From contig OZ024753.1 of the NCBI GenBank assembly GCA_964016885.1, positions 1,736,001 through 1,800,000 on the forward strand: DNA of 64,000 nt, written 5' to 3'. The notes under the pieces were generated by a model. The model did no database searches, was not told the origin of the DNA, and saw only the letters and a program-made list of their open reading frames with translations. Shown piece by piece: positions 57,340-64,000 of the stretch. Both the position numbers and the translations under genes were made by a program. The first letter of the stretch is position 1; every line of letters starts with the position of its first letter. The DNA comes from Eledone cirrhosa. Lineage: Eukaryota.

Positions 57340-57780
57340 TTTACAAATCTCACCGAAGTCAACTTTGACTTTCACCCCTTTTGGGTTGATGAATAAAATA
57401 CCAGTCAAGGGGCATTTTATTGGGGATCTGGATAAAGGGTTGGACAAATATGTAATTTTTCCCTCAGCCTAAGTTCGAATACATTTTCAACAGACCTCGT
57501 ATATCTGAATGAGAATGACTGCGGATATATAAAGACAAAACAGTGGATACAGTGTGCGCGCGCGTACACATATGAACATAAATAGTGAAAAGAGAATGAT
57601 AGAAAGCTAAAGATATATAAAAGATTTAACATATACACAAGACCGGAAATTTTGTGGGTGGGAGGAGTTGATTATTTTATCAATCTTGGAAGAATGAAAA
57701 GCAAAGTTGACCTCCATAAATGATCGTAATTAAATTGCCACAAAGCGTTTTATCCGGCACTATAGCGATTCTGTCAATCA
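57340..57780. mobile_element. Two decayed SINE A copies (57340-57480 +, 57635-57780 -)
   Basis: CACCGAAGTCAACTTTGACTTTCACC and GAATGAAAAGCAAAGTTGACCTC. Confidence 0.7.
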
Positions 57781-58869
57781 AAAGTTGCTTATAAGTTCAA
57801 ATGTTTCTTATATTCAGTTAATCTTAAATTTTTTCCACCATTTTTGTAGTTGCCGTTAAAACTAATATTTACGAAGCTGCCAATAAATCTAAACATCAAA
57901 TGTTTTATTCAAATATCTAAAACTGTTAGCACTCATATATCAAACTTCTTTTTGTTCGTTTGTTAGTTTTTTTAGCATTTTAGCATTTAATTCTTTTTTT
58001 TTATCTCTCGTGAAATCTCACTGTGTATAACATGGTTACATAACATACCTAGAACTAACAGGTAAAGGCACTTTATAAAATCTAATTTACTTTTCACCTA
58101 TCTTTAAATCGGTTCTCATGTAACACAACAACAAAACAAATGGTGCTCTTAATGTAATATAAAACTGTCATTCGATAAAAAGTTTACTTTAAGAAAACTA
58201 ATTTAATATTTCCTATACTCCCTCCATTGAACGAGAGTTTTATTCTGAGAATGCACTGATAAATAAGAATTAAACATATTGATCCACTGCAGGTGTGTTG
58301 ATTAGTTCTCAGACTTGTGAATTATTCAATCATTTAGCAGTTACTTCCAATACCTGTAGATATCAACACGTTCCATAAAACAAAATCATCCATCTTAAAG
58401 GGTTCCTATTTAAATTTAAATCTTCCAACATAATTTTATATAAGAAAACCTTTTGTTAAGTTATGTTACACATACCATCTTAATGAAATAATATTCTTCA
58501 TTAATTTATTCATTAAATTCCTCATTATTCAAATACAAATTAAGAAAAATGGTGATGAAAGGGTTAAACAGATAAGATAGATACTTCTTTCCTTCCCCTC
58601 TTTATATAACGGCAGTTTATCGCAGATAACTTTGTAAAAGAGAAATTCGATAATTATCCCGTTTTGTTAATGCTTATAATTGTCAACTACATTGCCCTTT
58701 AAGCCCTAATTACAGCCCGATTTATTGGATTGTTATGAGCGATGTATCTTTGCCTAAGGGTGCAACACAATGCTGGAATTAGAATTGGAAATTATCTGAC
58801 GTTTTACCAGTTCTTCCAGTTCACCATAACATACCATCTTAGTTTTAATCATAGTTTTATTACTTGTAT

Positions 58870-59060
58870 CAGTCCTGTCAACTCTCCCCCGTCCGATATC
58901 TCCCACCCACTTTGGGGTGGGTGAGAGATATCTGCTCTTGTGAAAATGGGTATAGCTTTCATTGTGTAAAATCTCCCCATTTTGCTTCATTTCTCCTCGT
59001 TTTGGGGCACTTCTTTTCATGGTACTCTCCGTTTTGGGTTTTTAGAGGTTGGCAGGTCTG
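58870..59060 (-). mobile_element. hAT-like MITE, second copy in opposite orientation
   Basis: TIRs CAGTCCTGTCAAC / GTTGGCAGGTCTG; body is the reverse complement of 55363-55560. Confidence 0.85.
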
Positions 59061-60230
59061 ATATTAAGAATAAGATCAAATCGAAAGAATATGATCAAAG
59101 GCTTCACTAGAGTATGATATGAATATGTAAGAAATACAGAGGGTTCCGATGAGTAAAATAGTAGCTTTGAATGATATGTTTAATCAGTATATTGTGTATG
59201 ATGTTTGTAATGTAGTAATCATAGTGGTAGTAAGGTGAAACTGGAGTGAGTGATTATGAACTTACGGTTGAAATTGACAGTGGTGCACGATGCAGTATTT
59301 TATTGAAAACCACAGATAATGCATTCTAATTAGTGGCTGTGATAAATCATAAAGGATAACAAATTGTGTTAACGAAAAACCAATTAAGGCATCAGGAAAA
59401 TTCATTATCCCGTGTGTAAACAAGAAAATCATCACACGTGATGTAGAATTTTCACTTAAAGAAATGTAATCTTTTTTTTCTTTTTTTTTTTTGAAGAGTT
59501 GATAGCACACGTTTTGGTTGATTACGAGAATAAATAAGTTACGAATGTCCACAGATAAATATATTCTGTTAATATAGAAACTTAGTCCCAGATTAATTCA
59601 GATTTTGTCACGGTGAATGTGGCATTAGGATCGATAACACACAAGTGACATTTAATTATACACCAAGCCCATGATTCCACTGTGGTTCATGACCAGATAA
59701 GAAAAATTGAACATGTAAAGATGAGGTATAATCGCTCTGGTTACAGGTTCAACTAAAGATATGATGTGTGTGTGTGAATAAAATACTGGCTGAGTTAGGA
59801 TATATATACACACCCAATGGAGAGCCAATGAATATGTAACACCGTACTTCAAAGAAAACCTCCCAAACACTTGGAATTTTCAGAAGAGTTGCCCGATCAC
59901 ACCCGGATTCGAACACCAGCAGAATTCTGATTTGCGGCGTTTCCCCCGAATGCTCTGTGACTAGATCAGCACATTTAAATAAACTATCATACAAGACTGA
60001 TTGAGTATGTATGTTTGTACCTGTAACTTCTGATGCAATTTTAGGGGCACTGTAGTGATAAACAGTCTGTCTTGAGGAGTTTTACACATGTCGGAGTAGG
60101 TCTGAACCCAGCCAATTTCGCCCAAAGAAATAGAGGTGATACAGAGGAAGAATCGACTGAAGTACTTGATTGGTGTTGCAGTGGCGTTTTAGGAAATTTT
60201 AAGCCTGGCGGAGCCCATCCCTCTCCAGGT

Positions 60231-60422
60231 TTAACCCTTTAATGGTCAAACTGGCCAAAATTCTCTACCTCTTTCTGTTGAAACTGGTCGCTCAACTGAT
60301 GTTAAGGTATTGTTCTCAAAATCTCATAGATTCGATATTATGCGAGATAATTATGCGAGGTAAAGCCTTTACCATGAAAATATGATAGTATATATAGTGT
60401 AATGTGAATGCTAAAGGGCTAA
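60231..60422. mobile_element. piggyBac-like MITE
   Basis: TTAA|CCCTTTA ... TAAAGGG|CTAA ends (one TTAA mutated). Confidence 0.65.
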
Positions 60423-60449
60423 ACACAGTGGATTTCTTATAGAGAGGGA

Positions 60450-60608
60450 TAGAAAGTCAGAGGAAGTGAGAAAGAATTATAAATGACGAATCGAACTCAG
60501 TAGTAGGCTGATACTTTTTTATCGACCTCAAAAGGATATGTTAACCTTGGCGAATATCGCAAAGCATTCTATTTAGCGTTCTAACAACAACTCTGCCATT
60601 TCGCCGCA
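60450..60608 (-). mobile_element. SINE family A, decayed
   Basis: ATCGACCTCAAAAGGAT..GTTAACCTTGGCG..CTCTGCCATTTCGCC. Confidence 0.65.
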
Positions 60609-61366
60609 TTGATTTTTACTTTAGTTGAAACCAAAACATCTTTTACTACACAGAAATTTAACTTGTTTGTAATCGAAAGTATTTTATAAGACATTTGTCT
60701 GTATATCTATACTAGACAACCTCTCTTGTCTTTATTTGTTTCTTTCAGTATCTCAAATTACTGCCTAAGGATATTATATTTTCATTGAATTTCAGCAGAC
60801 ATTCTTTTTATTTTGTTTATTGATGTAAGAGGTCTTTTCTTTCGACAAGGAACAAAGATGTATTCAACTTACTAGCAATATTTTCATTTTCTGCTACTTT
60901 ATATGAATCTGATCGGGCAACCTTGTCTGTGAGATAATTATTCTTTAGTTTGGGGTAAATGTTTAGTATCTGTAAGACTCAAATATGTTTCTGCATTGAA
61001 AATCTACTCCCATATGTCAAGTAGAATTAATTATCCTTTACTTTCCTAGAACTAATTAATATGATATGATAAGACCAAAGTATAAACTTTAATACTGATG
61101 GACTAAAAATTACATACCACTTCCAATTTTTAAGCTAATTTAACATTCTTATCAAAGCTTTGCATGAACACAAACTCTTCTCCTACGACAAAAATATAAC
61201 ATTTTTTATCATTCTTCAGAACATCAGTTAAGTCAGCATTGGTGTATGGATCACATTGTTTCATTTGCCCTTCGTATTTTCTACCGCATTCTACCAGCTT
61301 TTAAATATTTATCAGTCTTATATATATTTGACTGTTCAAAGACTTCAAAAGCAACTTCTCTTGAAA

Positions 61367-61513
61367 ATGGACAAAATTTGGCATCATGCTGTTATCAAGT
61401 ACCTGCAGAAAAAGGGTTTAGCCCTCGTCCTTCATGCTGACATGGTTGCTACATGAGGCGATTCCTCTCCAGCTTTATCAACAGTGCAAAAGTGGGCAGC
61501 TGAATTTAAGATG
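61367..61513 (+). pseudogene. Mariner transposase N-terminal (HTH) remnant
   Basis: MDKIWHHAVIKYLQKKGLALVLHADMVAT*GDSSPALSTVQKWAAEFK matches the mariner pattern R.VIK.L..KG....IH..M...GD.AP..STV.KW..EFK; internal stop and truncated. Confidence 0.88.
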
Positions 61514-63202
61514 CCTTGGTTAAACCATCTGGCCCTTGGGTACATTCAGTTGCAAGCATTCACGTCATGTCTCCAGTTTGAGAATAACTCCCTTCTTTTT
61601 CTCTCACCAAGACCATGATTAAATAAACTTATGGATGCAACCCTTCTTTCTTTGATTAGATAGTAAGAAATGTGTTGAAAATGAGAAATTATTCTTACTT
61701 CTGTTTTAGTTATTGCTGCTCCCCACAGAGCATTCAGCAATGAAATATCTCCATTTTGTATGGGTGCAAGCCTTGTTACAGGCCTGCTCCCAGGCTAGGT
61801 ACCCGTTCATTGTTTCTATAGCAATTTTGATTAATGGAGGTAAGATTGCTGGCCTTGTGCGTGAATCCTCCTCGAATACAGGCTGAAACCTATCTGTCTT
61901 CAATAGCTACAGTTTATTACAAAAACAACGAAATAAAAATGAAGAAAACAACAAAAAGAAATTGAAAGTTATGGCGAATTATATTTTTTAATTGAAAAAA
62001 TTAAATACAACCTTAGAATAAGAATTCTTATACTTTATCTTATGTGTATGTGAGTATAGGTATTTTATTTTTTTTATAGTTTTGTTTGTTTGTCAACATA
62101 ACTGAAGCAAGACATAATTTCTGATCAAATCCCCTGCCAAAATGGAAAAAAAAAATAACATATAAAGATGATATGTGAAATAACATGGAAAATAAACAGC
62201 CAAAGAGAGATTTAGTAAGAAAAACACAGCAGAACTTCCAACTGAAGTCTCATGTAACAGCACCATACGTTTATATAAAATCTTAAAGATTGTGAAACAG
62301 TTTTAAAAATAACACAGTTTTGTAAGTTTTTGTCCCTTTCTCAACATTTTGGTTGGGTTGTTAGCCACAACAACCTCAGTATGATTTGAACAGGACTTTA
62401 TAACCTTTATTTGTGTTTATCAATTTGTAGTCAGCTTCACTGATGCCTAAAAACTTGTATCTAACACCTTATTTTTATGGATTAACTATGTTGTGGTAAG
62501 GATAATTGGTCCTTTACTCACAGCAAAGAAGAACAAAACCTCACAACAATACTTTATATTTAAAGAATTTGATCCAAGATCTGTAACCATTCCCTAAATT
62601 ACCAGACAAATAGATACCCAAATAGTAGGACCTGACTGACTGCATCTCTTTCATGCCGGACATCGTTCAAACCTCCAGTCTCCTCAGTTGCCAGAATGCC
62701 ATTTTTTCCAGGAAGAGTGCATCCTACCTAAAAAAGGAATCCCATAATGTGGAAGGACTGATTTAGTGGGTTTTGCTGGCTGTTCTTCACAGCAATGCTT
62801 TCGCCATTTTGTCTGATGGGTGTGGGTGGGGATCACACACAAGATATACCACCTAGCAAAGGGTGTAGCGACTGCTCCTCCATTCCCTTTCTCCTTTTTA
62901 CCATTATTTCTTTTTTCTCCCTTCCTGTTTATCATGTGAAATGTTTGTAAATAAAATCCCTTCTATCGTTTCACCAAAACTATATCCATCTGCTACAAAA
63001 CCACTAAAGCACGAACAATGAAAGGGTCTAACTTGAGAATACAATACAGTCAGTGTCAGTGACAGAAATTTAAATCCAAAATCTTTGAGAGGGTATGTGG
63101 AAACTCCATTTAGTCACTATGTGTTTTAAGCAAATAACTTACTGTTTGGGGATATCTTGTTTCTCTTTTTGAGAATAATATATAGACATATGTGTAAATA
63201 AT

Positions 63203-63378
63203 TGTTTCTACTATTGGCACAAGCCAGCAATTACTCAGTACATTACTGGTACTTTATTTTACCGACCCCGTAAGGATGAAAGGCAAAGTTAACCTCGGCG
63301 GAATTTGAACTGGCAACGGCCATAACTCAATGCGTCAAAGCATGGCGTCCGACCCTCTACCAATACTGCCAAGTCACC
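63203..63378 (-). mobile_element. SINE family A with 18-bp perfect TSD
   Basis: GACATATGTGTAAATAAT at 63185-63202 and 63379-63396. Confidence 0.92.
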
Positions 63379-64000
63379 GACATATGTGTAAATAATGGTA
63401 AAAAGATGCATCTGTATACAATAAGAGAAAGATACATATGTAAAGATTATAGCCAGAAATGAAAGTGTGGACTGAGTATAGTCCATTTGTTGTGCAATAT
63501 CAACTGAAGATAAAACCTGAGTATTAAGTCCAGTTGATATAGCGACTGGTCATAAAAATAATTGTTTTCAGGACACAAGTAGTCCTCTACTATGTATATT
63601 GTGATACCTTCGAGAAAGATTTGTAAAGAAGTGGCAAAATTTGAGCTCAGATAAAATTACATTGATTTAAGATTTATAGGGAGTTGCTATCTTGCAAGAC
63701 TTATCAGAAACAATGCAGGAAAAGGAAATATTATATAGTTCTTATATTTATTATTATAACAAAAAAAGCTCACTGTTATTTTCTAAAAATATCAGCTTCA
63801 GCTTTAGGTGTGAAAACTGGTAACATAGGAATACCTGTTTATATTATCTAATCTTTGAATCAATGCTGGCATTATGGCTGTATACCTAACAAAACCCCTT
63901 CCCTAATCAATAAACACTGCTTTACACAACTTTTTGTTATCCATAACGTATATAGTTTTTCTTTATTTCTATCACACACACACACACACACACACACACA

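Noticed and set aside
59885-59972. tRNA-like sequence on the minus strand (GTTCGAATCC)
   Set aside because: Only the B-box is clear and there is no acceptor-stem pairing; at most a decayed SINE head.

Overview
AT-rich eukaryotic non-coding DNA. The SINE families, microsatellite load and LINE/MITE remnants suggest an octopus (cephalopod) genome; this is an inference from remembered repeat families, not a search. No confidently identifiable protein-coding gene is present, and almost all ORFs in the track are (TA)n/(CA)n read-throughs. The window contains: a ~8.7 kb zoned (TA)n-derived array with a perfect 15-bp sub-array and an internal inversion; a 200-N gap flanked by a ~3.9 kb near-exact duplication (probable assembly overlap); more than 20 copies of one tRNA-derived SINE and ~6 of a second, several with TSDs; a complete non-autonomous Helitron; hAT, mariner, Tc1-like and piggyBac-like MITEs; RTE and CR1/Jockey-like RT remnants; and a mariner transposase N-terminal pseudogene fragment. 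The most interesting observations are (i) three dispersed minimal type-I hammerhead ribozyme motifs (25504-25546 -, 29281-29316 +, 43915-43957 -) with different but complementary stems, (ii) recurrent fold-back inverted duplications of unique DNA at (TA)n tracts that create long hairpins, (iii) a head-to-tail array of a bipartite RTE-derived non-autonomous element with a structured, precisely defined 5' end, and (iv) a weakly supported chain of minus-strand candidate exons.
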